A stretch of 64,000 nucleotides of DNA from an uncultured Methanosarcinales archaeon (GTDB lineage: Archaea > Nanobdellota > Nanobdellia > Woesearchaeales > GW2011-AR15): NCBI GenBank assembly GCA_964441565.1, contig CAYTWW010000002.1, forward strand, positions 88,032 to 152,031, written 5' to 3'. Positions 19,225-28,401 of the stretch are shown here, piece by piece. The number at the start of each line of letters is the position of its first letter. The stretch's first letter is position 1. The notes below the pieces were generated by a model, which was given only the letters and a program-made list of their open reading frames with translations, was not told the origin of the DNA and did no database searches. A program made the position numbers and the translations under genes.

Positions 19225-20907
19225 TCACTTCTTCCTCTTCTTCACAGAGAACTCTTTCCGAATCCAAAAGAAGCAGGCGATGAACCCCCACATGAATCCC
19301 AGTATGAAGAGGACAGGATAGCTGATATCGATCCTTGGCAGCTCGAATCTTTTCTGCCTGAAGTATATGTCCAGCTTCGACAGCTCAATCGCATACTCAG
19401 AATATAGGAGGGATGAGAACTTGTCATTCTCTATGAGCGACCGCGCGTAGTCGTAATAGCTGTATCCGACGATAGGGAAGACCTCCTCTTCCATCTGCCT
19501 GCCTATGATCTGCTCAGCCACATCCATCCTCTCCTCGATGAGCTGCCGAAGCTCTTCCTCCTCAAGGCCGAGAGTGTTCATGATTATGTCGACCTCAGCC
19601 TTCGCCTTGCTTGCCGTATACAGGCACATGCTGTACTGTCGGTCTGAAAGGTCTTTGTACGCATAGGACACCTGCCTCCTGATGTCGTTCAGGGATACAG
19701 GGAGATACTGCCTCACATACTCAAGCCTCTCCTCCACCTCAGATATCTTCCTCTGGCATGACTCCCGCAGAGAGCTTTCGTCGATATCGAACTTCCTCCC
19801 GGGCCTGCCGAAGAAGCTGGACCATGAGTAAGCTGAATGCAGCCTCTCCTCAGCATATGCCAGGTTGTATAGGCTAGTATTAGTCTCGTTTCCTATGCTC
19901 CTGTTGAGATATTCCTCTGCATCGAGGATCCTCTCTGAGACGACCATCATCGTCTGCAGGTCTGTCAGAGTCTCGATATCCTTCGACGATATTTTCTCTC
20001 TGAATGATCCTATCTCTCGCTCGATCCTGTCATGAGTACCTGTCATGTTCGTTATGTTTGCTTCCAGATGCGCTGCGTACTGCAGCTTGACATTGGCACC
20101 GAAGCAGTAGCTTGCTGCACTATAGAATCTCTCTTCCCTGATGGCTGATTCAGCTCTCGCATACAGGTCGGTCGAGTCATTGAGGAGCCATGACTCCTCC
20201 CTTCCCTCCATAAGATCCTCTGTCCTTGCGCATATGCTCTCTGAGATGTTTCTCATCATCTCGATATAATCTGCATTGACGATCAGGGAATAATCATGCC
20301 CAAGATCCTTGCCGATCGTCTCTTTCACAGCCTCCCTCAGGCTTGACACCTTGACAATCCTGATGCCTGTGCTGTTCTCAAGCTCGGCAAGATCAGTATC
20401 ATTGATGCTGCCCCACCTGGGGATGAGGACAGTCGTCATGTTGGAGGAATCAGCATATCTCACCTTCTCCGCGATCCCGCCTACTGGTCCGATCAGCCCA
20501 CCTGAATTTATCGTGCCTGTTATAGCCACATCCTTGTCAAGCGCAGCACCCTCAAGTACGCTCACAGTGAGGATAGATATCGCTGCCCCTGCGCTAGGTC
20601 CTCCGACGATCGCTGCATTTGCCCTGATAGTGTAGTAGAAATCATATCTGCTGCAATCCTTCTCCAGGAAATCGCAAGCTATCTCATTCGCGAACCTTGT
20701 CGACATAACAGTGTCGAGCTTGGTCAGAGGGAATGAATCTATGAATATCCTTCCTGATCCTGGGTGGACATCAAGAAATATGTCTGCTCCGCTGCCTATC
20801 TCGCCAGATCCTGACTCGGAAGTCGCGAGCAGCTTCATGCTGCCTGATGCTGCATATGCGAGCGGCAGCAGCAACAGGAGCAGCGGTACAAGAAGCAGTC
20901 TTTTCAT
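19225..20907 (-). CDS. Archaeal Lon-like (S16) serine protease with signal peptide and C-terminal TM
   Basis: GGPSAGAA catalytic Ser, ITGTINSGGLIGPVGGIAEK; start re-called at MKRLLLV. Confidence 0.9.
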   Translation of the reverse strand: MKRLLLVPLLLLLLPLAYAASGSMKLLATSESGSGEIGSGADIFLDVHPGSGRIFIDSFPLTKLDTVMSTRFANEIACDFLEKDCSRYDFYYTIRANAAIVGGPSAGAAISILTVSVLEGAALDKDVAITGTINSGGLIGPVGGIAEKVRYADSSNMTTVLIPRWGSINDTDLAELENSTGIRIVKVSSLREAVKETIGKDLGHDYSLIVNADYIEMMRNISESICARTEDLMEGREESWLLNDSTDLYARAESAIREERFYSAASYCFGANVKLQYAAHLEANITNMTGTHDRIEREIGSFREKISSKDIETLTDLQTMMVVSERILDAEEYLNRSIGNETNTSLYNLAYAEERLHSAYSWSSFFGRPGRKFDIDESSLRESCQRKISEVEERLEYVRQYLPVSLNDIRRQVSYAYKDLSDRQYSMCLYTASKAKAEVDIIMNTLGLEEEELRQLIEERMDVAEQIIGRQMEEEVFPIVGYSYYDYARSLIENDKFSSLLYSEYAIELSKLDIYFRQKRFELPRIDISYPVLFILGFMWGFIACFFWIRKEFSVKKRKK

Positions 20908-21000
20908 CCTGCCAAAAAAAGCCAGATTGCTATTAAACCTTTTGGTGATGAACCTGATGCTGCAGAACAGGAGTATCTGCCAAAGGCAAGCAATCAAGAC

Positions 21001-21199
21001 AATCGCCAAGGTACTTAGGACTTGCATCCTTGTAGCACCAAGGTTCCGATTGCGCGTTGGAAGTAGTGATCGGAATAAAAGATAAGTTCCAGTTTTTCCA
21101 GGTCTCCTTTTTTGTAGCAAGATTTTCAGTCATTGAAGAATTACTTTATTTATCTCCCATCACTGCACAAACTGGTGATACGGGAGCCTCAGATGCTTC
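21001..21199. repeat. Dispersed structured element, copy B
   Basis: AATCGCCAAGGTACTTAGGACTTGCATCCT; TTCCGAT..ATCGGAA; TTTTTCCAGGTCTC..AGATTTTCAG; CTCCCATCACTGCAC..GGGAGCCTC. Confidence 0.85.
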
Positions 21200-21213
21200 T
21201 TCTTTCCTCCAGA

Positions 21214-21792
21214 CTACGTCCCGTAGCTGTCGACCTTCTCCTTCACTATGCTGTTCAGTGATCTTTCCCGAAACATCATAAGCTCATCCAGGAGCTGCGT
21301 CGCATGCTCAGGATCATTGTAGAATACCCTTACAGTCGATTTCTCAACCGCGGTATTACGCTTAGGATAGATGTATATCGTCAGCTCATATTCAAGCGGC
21401 ATCAGAGCGATCATGTCCTCGATGAACTGAGGCTCCATGCCTTTCTGCCTGTACTGTGTCACAAGCCTGGACTGGAACATTATCCTTTTGTATTTCTCTT
21501 CCTCTGATCTCCTGGCGATGGACTTCATCTGTCTGATGAGGGAATCGACCTTCTCTTCTGTCCCGACAACATCAGTCATACCTTCAGGAAGATCGCCTGG
21601 CTGCGTCTCTGCCTTTGGCTTCGCTATCATCCTTACACCGAATGCTGAAGGTGATGCAGCATACCTGATCTCTATCTCAGAATACTTGTCAAGCACACCC
21701 CTGTCGAACTTCACAAGCTCTCGCTTAGGTGCCTCGACCTTCTCTTTGCCTTCCTTCTTGCTGACCTTGCTAAGGATGTCTTTTACGTCCAC
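21214..21792 (-). CDS. Hypothetical protein
   Basis: 192-aa ORF with host-like codon usage. Confidence 0.7.
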   Translation of the reverse strand: MDVKDILSKVSKKEGKEKVEAPKRELVKFDRGVLDKYSEIEIRYAASPSAFGVRMIAKPKAETQPGDLPEGMTDVVGTEEKVDSLIRQMKSIARRSEEEKYKRIMFQSRLVTQYRQKGMEPQFIEDMIALMPLEYELTIYIYPKRNTAVEKSTVRVFYNDPEHATQLLDELMMFRERSLNSIVKEKVDSYGT

Positions 21793-21823
21793 ATCGGCGG
21801 GGAAAAAAATGCGAGATATAAAG

Positions 21824-24160
21824 CTATTTCTTTGGTTTCTTCGGAGCTTTGACAGATGCCGCTCTCTTCGCTGCTGCAGCGACCTTGCTGGAAGCTTTGC
21901 TCCCAGTCACCTCGGGGTTTTGTGCTGCAGGTTTATCTGCAGTTTTTTCGACAATCTTAGGTGCAGGCTTCGCACCAAGGTTCTGCGTGTATCTGCAAGC
22001 CGGGTATGTCGAACATCCCAGGAACTGGCCATAGACAGACTTCCTGAGGACAAGGTTGCCTTTCTTGCATTGAGGGCATTCCTTGACCTCACCATTCTCG
22101 ATCTTGTCAGCTTCTTTCTTCTGCGCAGTGTCTGTCAGCTTCTTCGAAGGGCATCCAGGATTGAAGCAGACTGTCTGCTTCTTCCTCCCGACGATCTGGA
22201 TGAGGGGAAGATTGCATTCCTTGCAAATCTGGTCTGTCGGGACGATCTTTCCCTTCTGCGGCACAGGATATATTGTCCTGCAGTCTGGATATTGATCGCA
22301 TGCCAGGAATCTCTGCCTGGTCTTCTTTGAACTCTTCAGGACAAGCCTTCCCTTCTTGCAAGTCGGACATTGACCGACATCTGTAGTCATGCTCTCCCTA
22401 TAGCTGACCCGCAGCTCCTCGCCGATCTTGCCCTCCTTCTGCTTGAAATCAGCAAGTATCTCTGTCAGCTCCTTCTTCGCCCTTTCGATGACTTTCGCAC
22501 CAGTCTCCTTCTTCTCCCTGATGCTGTCCATCTCCTCCTCGAAATGGCGTGTCAGTTCTTCTTCGACGATCCTGGGAGAATATTTCTCAAGCACCTCGAT
22601 CGTCTTTATGCCAAGCTCGCTCGCTTCTAGAGCCTTCCCATCCAGATATCCCCTGTCAGCAAGGCTGTCGATTATTTGCGCCCTTGTGGATTTTGTTCCC
22701 AGGTTCCTCTTCTCAAGTTCCTTGATCAGGGATGCCTGCGTGTATCTTTTCGGCGGTTCTGTCTGTTTCGACAGCTTCTTGATCTCCTGCACCTTGACCA
22801 TGCCGCCTTCCTTTAGCGGAGGGAGCTCTTCCTCCTTCTGTTTCGAATAAGGCTCATACAGGACATGCCATCCCTTATCTACCGTGGTCGTGCCTTTGGC
22901 GACAAATATCTCTGTGTTGACATCGATCTTGGCAGTCATCGTCTGCCTCACAGCCCATTCCCCGAAAGTCGCGAAGAACCTCTTCACGATAAGGTCATAG
23001 ATCTTCTTCTTGGGCCCTTCGATTCGGTCAGATTTCTGGCCAGTCGGATATATTGCCGGATGGGCTGGATCATCCTTTGTTCCCTCGTTTGCCTTCAGCG
23101 GCTTTCCCTTCAGTAGCGCATACAGCTTAGCATATTCTGGATTCTCTGAGAGTGCCTGCATTATCTTCGGGAAACCGATCTTCGCAGGAAGCTTCTGCGA
23201 ACTCGTCCTCGGATAGGATATGACTCCTGCCAGGTACAGTTCCTGAGCGACTGATAGAGCCATCGAAGGCGATATGCCAAAGACCCGATAGGCCTCTGTC
23301 TGGAGAGTGGTGAGATCAAATGGGAACGGAGGAGGCTGCTTGAACTCTTTCCTTTCGACCGACTTCACGATGCCATCATGCCCGCTCGTTTTTTTGAGCG
23401 AAGAGTCGCATTGCTTCTCATCCCAGAACTTGTCCATCTCATGCATCGCCACGATCTGGTCCTTGTCATAGGAACCATGCAGTTCAAGCTGCCAGTATTT
23501 CTGCGGCACGAACTTCCTTATCTCTAGCTCCCTGTCCACGATTATCTTGAGGGCTGGACCCTGCACCCTTCCGGATGACAATGTCTTGTATACCTTTGCC
23601 TTCCTAAGCGACAACGTCAATGCCCTGGAGAGATTTATTCCATACAGCCAGTCAAGCACATGCCGTGTCTCCCCTGCGTTTGCCTGCCCCCAGTCTATGG
23701 TTGGATTCTTATCTGAATACGATTCCACGAGGTCTGGCTTTGTGAGCGTGGAGAATTTCATCCTCTCTGCATCCTTCTGCTTGCAGATGAACCTGACGCA
23801 GTTGTATCCTATCAGTTCTCCCTCGATATCGTAATCGCATGCCACTGTATATGCGTCAGCATCCTTGCACAGCTCCTTTATCGCATTCAGGTATTTCTTG
23901 GAATATGCAGCATTCTTGTCCACATCGCTTGTCGGTCTCCATTCGATGTCAAAGCTCGGATAGATGAAGCTCTTCTTCTTCTCAGTCACTGTATACAGAT
24001 GTCCCACAGCGCACGCCACCACAATGTCCCTGCCCTTATGCTTGAGCGTATAATATGGCACTCCTGAAAGATTGAGTTTCTTCGGAGAAGAATCAGCGAG
24101 AGCATACGCTATCTTCTGCGCAGCGCTCGGTTTCTCGGTGATTATGAGCTCATAACCCAT
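21824..24160 (-). CDS. topA: DNA topoisomerase I (type IA) with C-terminal Zn ribbons
   Basis: ITEKPS, ACDYDIEGE, SSGRVQGP, ISYPRT catalytic Tyr, GTKSTR, CPxC repeats. Confidence 0.97.
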   Translation of the reverse strand: MGYELIITEKPSAAQKIAYALADSSPKKLNLSGVPYYTLKHKGRDIVVACAVGHLYTVTEKKKSFIYPSFDIEWRPTSDVDKNAAYSKKYLNAIKELCKDADAYTVACDYDIEGELIGYNCVRFICKQKDAERMKFSTLTKPDLVESYSDKNPTIDWGQANAGETRHVLDWLYGINLSRALTLSLRKAKVYKTLSSGRVQGPALKIIVDRELEIRKFVPQKYWQLELHGSYDKDQIVAMHEMDKFWDEKQCDSSLKKTSGHDGIVKSVERKEFKQPPPFPFDLTTLQTEAYRVFGISPSMALSVAQELYLAGVISYPRTSSQKLPAKIGFPKIMQALSENPEYAKLYALLKGKPLKANEGTKDDPAHPAIYPTGQKSDRIEGPKKKIYDLIVKRFFATFGEWAVRQTMTAKIDVNTEIFVAKGTTTVDKGWHVLYEPYSKQKEEELPPLKEGGMVKVQEIKKLSKQTEPPKRYTQASLIKELEKRNLGTKSTRAQIIDSLADRGYLDGKALEASELGIKTIEVLEKYSPRIVEEELTRHFEEEMDSIREKKETGAKVIERAKKELTEILADFKQKEGKIGEELRVSYRESMTTDVGQCPTCKKGRLVLKSSKKTRQRFLACDQYPDCRTIYPVPQKGKIVPTDQICKECNLPLIQIVGRKKQTVCFNPGCPSKKLTDTAQKKEADKIENGEVKECPQCKKGNLVLRKSVYGQFLGCSTYPACRYTQNLGAKPAPKIVEKTADKPAAQNPEVTGSKASSKVAAAAKRAASVKAPKKPKK

Positions 24161-24264
24161 GGGTAAGCAAGCAAGAATCAAGGCTGCCTATAAATAATTT
24201 CAGGTTTGGTATCTGAAAAGAAAAATCTGCTATCCTGCCGAAATGAAGTGTTGATATTGATGAG

Positions 24265-24480
24265 AAGGTACTCAGGACTTCCTAAGTAATCGCCAAGGCT
24301 TCCGATCTTAGGCGTAAGCAATCTCGCCGATCGGAAGAAAAAAAGTTTCATTTTTCCAGGTCTCTTTTTTGGGAGCTTGGAACTTGTTTAAAAAAAGATT
24401 TTCAGTACGAAATAAGACTAAAAATTCTTTTTTTCTCCCATCATTGCACAAACAACTGATATGGGAGCCTCTGGCGCTTC
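24265..24480. repeat. Dispersed structured element, copy C
   Basis: AAGGTACTCAGGACTTCCT; TTCCGAT..GGCGTAAGCAATCTCGCC..ATCGGAA; TTTTTCCAGGTCTC..AGATTTTCAG; CTCCCATCATTGCAC..GGGAGCCTCTGGCGCTTC. Confidence 0.85.
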
Positions 24481-24515
24481 CTTTCATCTGTCTAATCTGA
24501 TTTGCCTGTAGGTAT

Positions 24516-25052
24516 TCACATAACTCTCGCAAGGAACGGAGCGATATTCAGGAACAGCACAAGGTTCACAAGGATATTGCTTATGCTGTACATCAGGTTC
24601 TTGCTGATATCATAATTGAACACGAAATGGTAGAATACGAAAACGAACATGTTCTTGGCGAAAGTGGCAAGCACCCCAAGCCAGAAGAGCGGCAGTGGCA
24701 CATAAGGCACAAGGAAGGCAGCGATCACATTCCCTATCACCATTGGCACCAGGAACGGTGAATAGTATCCATAGAACGCGCTAGACAAGACTGTCCCGAA
24801 TATCGCGATAAGCATCCCTGCCTTCAGCCCGTAATTGATCGTGCACAGCACGATGCCAAGAGTTAGGATCTCTATTTCGATAGGCAGCTGAAAATCCCTC
24901 TTGTAGGCAGAGAGGACGATGTTTCCCACGATGAAGAATGTGACGAATATAGTGGCCTTTATCTCGTTATAGAACAGGAACACAAGAGGCAGCGAGAACA
25001 GCCCTGCGATTATGTACAGGATGATCCTTTTTCTCCTCTTGTTCTTTTCCAT
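24516..25052 (-). CDS. Integral membrane protein (about 6 TM; ECF S-component-like topology)
   Basis: Hydrophobic throughout; YGLKAGMLIA resembles S-component motifs. Confidence 0.7.
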   Translation of the reverse strand: MEKNKRRKRIILYIIAGLFSLPLVFLFYNEIKATIFVTFFIVGNIVLSAYKRDFQLPIEIEILTLGIVLCTINYGLKAGMLIAIFGTVLSSAFYGYYSPFLVPMVIGNVIAAFLVPYVPLPLFWLGVLATFAKNMFVFVFYHFVFNYDISKNLMYSISNILVNLVLFLNIAPFLARVM

Positions 25053-25086
25053 AAAGAATATAGCCTGCCTGTCCTTTTTCCAAGGG

Positions 25087-25953
25087 ATGCGTGATATAGT
25101 AATTAAGCTTTCTGAAAGGATAAGGAGAGAGTGCTGTTCGCTCGTCCTTCCTGGAGAGAATTACAGGGAGCTGAGTCCATCAGGAGATGATGATCTGACA
25201 TTCATAGACGGAGGGAATGCCGAAGTATTCGCCTCCCCTTCAGTGTCTGTTCACCTCATCCGGCTGCATGCAGTCACCGCTGGCAGCGAGAAGAAGCACT
25301 TCCACAAGGAATTCTTCTGTATCGCGACGATGGAAGGGAGGAAGGCGAGAGTAGAGGCTTTGGACCAGGAGTTCCCCTCCCTCGACATCGAGGTCGACAA
25401 GGATAGCACATGCGGTTCAGCATGCGATGCCTTCAGGAGGTTATCTGAGCTGAGGTTCGCTCTTGGATTCAAGACACCTGTCGTGCTCGATGGCAGCTTC
25501 GAGACACGCACAGATGAGGATAAAGCCCTTGTCCAAGACCTTCTGACGAAGAGATCATGCGCCATATCCAAGACATGTTCCCTCCTGTCTGATGAAGGTT
25601 ACTCGCTTGCTGCTGCAAGCATGAGATGCTCCCCATTCCCGCTATTCTCATACCAGCTCCCAGCGAAAGGATTCTGCTCATACCTTGTCAAGCTGCACAA
25701 GTCATCTAAGCATGCATTCCGTCTGGACTGCTCAGACACATTCAGGGATGCGCCTTCCAGCTTGGTGAGATTCTGCTCAGACCCTATCTTCCCAGGTTAT
25801 CCCTATCCGCTAATCGAAGCAGACAAGCTTGCCCGAATCTCGAAGAAGGAAGCAGGCTCCATCCGCCTCAGATTGACGCTTGCACTCGACAAGGATGGAG
25901 AACTGCTGCAGAATTCCAGTACTGCGCATGACATACTTGACAACGTGCAGTAG
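25087..25953 (+). CDS. nurA: NurA-domain nuclease
   Basis: FIDGG, VVLDGS, AISKT, GYPYPLIEADKLARIS. Confidence 0.85.
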   Translation: MRDIVIKLSERIRRECCSLVLPGENYRELSPSGDDDLTFIDGGNAEVFASPSVSVHLIRLHAVTAGSEKKHFHKEFFCIATMEGRKARVEALDQEFPSLDIEVDKDSTCGSACDAFRRLSELRFALGFKTPVVLDGSFETRTDEDKALVQDLLTKRSCAISKTCSLLSDEGYSLAAASMRCSPFPLFSYQLPAKGFCSYLVKLHKSSKHAFRLDCSDTFRDAPSSLVRFCSDPIFPGYPYPLIEADKLARISKKEAGSIRLRLTLALDKDGELLQNSSTAHDILDNVQ

Positions 25954-25987
25954 CAGTATAGTGGGAATTCATAAGAAGGCGTTTCTG

Positions 25988-26350
25988 TCATCTTTGATAC
26001 TGGAAAGGAGGCACGTATCCTCCGAAGTCGACTCTTCCCATGAACTTCTCGTCAAAATGATAGTCCAGGACAGTCACAGGTCCCTTCACACGGCTATGCT
26101 GGTCAGCAGGCTTCAACAATCTTGCAGATGCGTTCTTCTGCCCGATCTGATGGCAGAAGTATTCCAGCCACTCATCAGATAGTTCTGCTTGGTAGAATGC
26201 ATCACTGATCCGCTCCTTTTCAGATCTGCATAGTGTATCCAGATCTTCGCAAAAAGGAAGACTGCCCTGCGCAAGTTCTTCTGCTGCCTTGTTGTATAGC
26301 TCACCGTACATATCATATAATTCTCGGACTCTTCTGTTTGGGAATTCCAT
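25988..26350 (-). CDS. Hypothetical protein
   Basis: ATG preceded by GAGGTGA Shine-Dalgarno. Confidence 0.65.
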   Translation of the reverse strand: MEFPNRRVRELYDMYGELYNKAAEELAQGSLPFCEDLDTLCRSEKERISDAFYQAELSDEWLEYFCHQIGQKNASARLLKPADQHSRVKGPVTVLDYHFDEKFMGRVDFGGYVPPFQYQR

Positions 26351-26418
26351 CTTCTCACCTCGTTTAGGTCTTTAGATCCTTAATACCATCAACGAGTGAG
26401 TACTATATCCAATTTTTA

Positions 26419-26432
26419 CCGCACATGTGCGG
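26419..26432. promoter_or_regulatory. Perfect 14-bp palindrome, candidate operator
   Basis: CCGCACATGTGCGG between the HTH gene stop and an AT-rich promoter-like stretch. Confidence 0.5.
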
Positions 26433-27053
26433 CTAAGAATTCAATATCGTCTTTGCCTCTGCCTTTCTCAGGTGCTCGACAAAAGTGCTTTTTGACAGGC
26501 CAAAGTATTTGGCAAGCTTTGTCACAGAGATTCTCCTGGGCCATTCATAATATCCGAGGTCCTTTGCCAGGTTGAGTACGCTCAACTGGATGCTTGTGAG
26601 CTTATTCTCTATCTGTCTCTTCTTTATAGATCTCAGCTCCACTTTGCCGAGGAATTGTAGATCTCTGTACAGCCTTGTGAGTTCCTCCCTCCTGTCAGCC
26701 CCTACATCCCAGATCTCCTTCCCATCCTTGAATTCCACAGAGTCAAGGACAAAGCAATCATTCTTCAGAACATAATAAGTCACAGACTCATACTTCCCTT
26801 CATTGTAGGTATGGAGTCTAAGATAAAGGAAATCCTTGCCTTCATCCATTGTCTCGATCTTTCTGCATATCTTGAAAGTTTTTAGGGTCTTGATGACATT
26901 TTCCATGCCTTCCCCTCTTGCAGAAAGTATTCCGATCGTGTGGTCATCAAAGAACTGGCAGTTGCTTAGCCTGAATATGCACCTTGGAAAACAGGAGGAC
27001 AGTTCTGTTGCCCAGCAACCATTATGTGCGATATGGAACTTTGCAGAGTACAC
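26433..27053 (-). CDS. Bacterio-opsin-activator-type (HTH_10) transcription regulator; start uncertain
   Basis: LTSIQLSVLNLAKDLGYYEWPRRISVTKLAKYFGLSKSTFVEHLRKAE. Confidence 0.85.
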   Translation of the reverse strand: MYSAKFHIAHNGCWATELSSCFPRCIFRLSNCQFFDDHTIGILSARGEGMENVIKTLKTFKICRKIETMDEGKDFLYLRLHTYNEGKYESVTYYVLKNDCFVLDSVEFKDGKEIWDVGADRREELTRLYRDLQFLGKVELRSIKKRQIENKLTSIQLSVLNLAKDLGYYEWPRRISVTKLAKYFGLSKSTFVEHLRKAEAKTILNS

Positions 27054-27144
27054 AATGATCACAACAGATCCCAAGTATAAATCTTTTGTGAACAAAAACT
27101 TAATAAGCCATGCAAGATTAGGTCTATTGAAAGAGGTCTTGCCA

Positions 27145-28146
27145 ATGTATGACGTAATCACAGTGGGATCGGCGACAGTCGATGTGTTCGCTGATTCAGA
27201 ATCAGAGCTTATCAAGATAAGGACTGCCAAGGAGACAGAGGAATGGATAGCGTATCCATCTGGCGCCAAGATACTGATCAAGAATATCGAGTTCTATACT
27301 GGAGGAGGAGGCACCAATACTGCGGTCTGCCTCTCAAGGCTCGGCCATAAGGTTGCCTATGTCGGAAAGCTGGGTGATGACTCGAACTCTGATATGGTGC
27401 TTGATGAGCTCAAGGTCGAACGTGTCGATTTCCTTGGTGTGCGCACAAAGGGCATGTGCGGATATTCAGTCATCCTCACGAATCTTGACAGGGATCGGAG
27501 CATCCTCGCTTACAAGGGAGTCAATAACGAACTGAGATACGATGAATTGAACATGAGGAAGCTCAAGACAAAGTGGTTCTATTTCTCTGCCATGATGAAG
27601 GACTCATTCGAGACCCTTGAGAAGCTCGCTGCATATGCTGAGAAGAACAAGATAAGGATAGCCTTCAACCCTAGCAACTACCTTGCAGAAAAGGGCACTA
27701 CCTTCCTCTCGAAGATACTTTCAAGGACAGAGATGGTCATCCTCAATAAGGAAGAAGCTGAGCTCCTCGTGGGAAAAGGGCCGGTGATCGAGCTTATCAG
27801 GAGGATAATGGGATGCGGACCGAAGCTTGTCGTGGTGACTGATGGCAAGAAAGGCGCCCATACTTGGCACAAAGGGACATACTACCACATCGTGCCTGCG
27901 AATGTGCAGGTCCTTGATACCACAGGAGCAGGCGACAGCTTCGCAGCCTCCATACTCTCAGGCATGATAAAGAAGAACGATATCGAGTTCTCCCTGAAGC
28001 TTGCCCAGGCGAACGCAGAATCCAATGTCATGTTCCCGGGAGCGAAGAACAAGGTCCTGACATACAAAGAAGCCCTTGCTGCGCTGAAGAAGAACCACTG
28101 GAACATCAAGAAGGAAAAAATCAACCTTGTGGTTTCAATCTGCTAA
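27145..28146 (+). CDS. PfkB/ribokinase-family carbohydrate kinase
   Basis: GGGGTNTAV, DTTGAGDSF; start re-called at MYDVITVG. Confidence 0.93.
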   Translation: MYDVITVGSATVDVFADSESELIKIRTAKETEEWIAYPSGAKILIKNIEFYTGGGGTNTAVCLSRLGHKVAYVGKLGDDSNSDMVLDELKVERVDFLGVRTKGMCGYSVILTNLDRDRSILAYKGVNNELRYDELNMRKLKTKWFYFSAMMKDSFETLEKLAAYAEKNKIRIAFNPSNYLAEKGTTFLSKILSRTEMVILNKEEAELLVGKGPVIELIRRIMGCGPKLVVVTDGKKGAHTWHKGTYYHIVPANVQVLDTTGAGDSFAASILSGMIKKNDIEFSLKLAQANAESNVMFPGAKNKVLTYKEALAALKKNHWNIKKEKINLVVSIC

Positions 28147-28186
28147 ACCAAATATTTTTAATACATTTTTAAGATTGTTCGTCTTG

Positions 28187-28333
28187 ATGCAGGGATACAG
28201 CAGGATCGGGATCTACAACAAGAACCTCAAGGCTAAGAATCCTGAGAAGCAGGCCCAGGCATCGACGGATTACGTCAATCTCATCCTTTTCGTGCTTCTG
28301 ATCGTCGTGCTTGTGCTGTTCGTTGTCACGTGA
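28187..28333 (+). CDS. Small protein with C-terminal TM helix
   Basis: MQGYSRIG...LILFVLLIVVLVLFVVT; upstream TTTTTAAG TATA-like. Confidence 0.5.
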   Translation: MQGYSRIGIYNKNLKAKNPEKQAQASTDYVNLILFVLLIVVLVLFVVT

Positions 28334-28338
28334 ACTCG

Positions 28339-28380
28339 TTTCTTTGGCCTTACCTTTCTTTGCGAGTTTCAAAGAAAGGT
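28339..28380. repeat. Short palindromic repeat, copy 2 (between convergent genes)
   Basis: TTTCTTTGG-cctt-ACCTTTCTTTG-cgagttt-CAAAGAAAGGT. Confidence 0.75.
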
Positions 28381-28401
28381 TCCAAATCAGTTGTGTGGTG
28401 T

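Noticed and set aside
20908..21120. N-terminal extension of the Lon-like protease in the ORF track
   Set aside because: It runs through repeat copy B. The signal peptide begins at ATG 20907.
26836..27281. Apparent long overlap between the HTH regulator and PfkB ORFs
   Set aside because: Artefact of longest-ORF start calling. Realistic starts (about 27053 and 27145) leave a divergent promoter gap.
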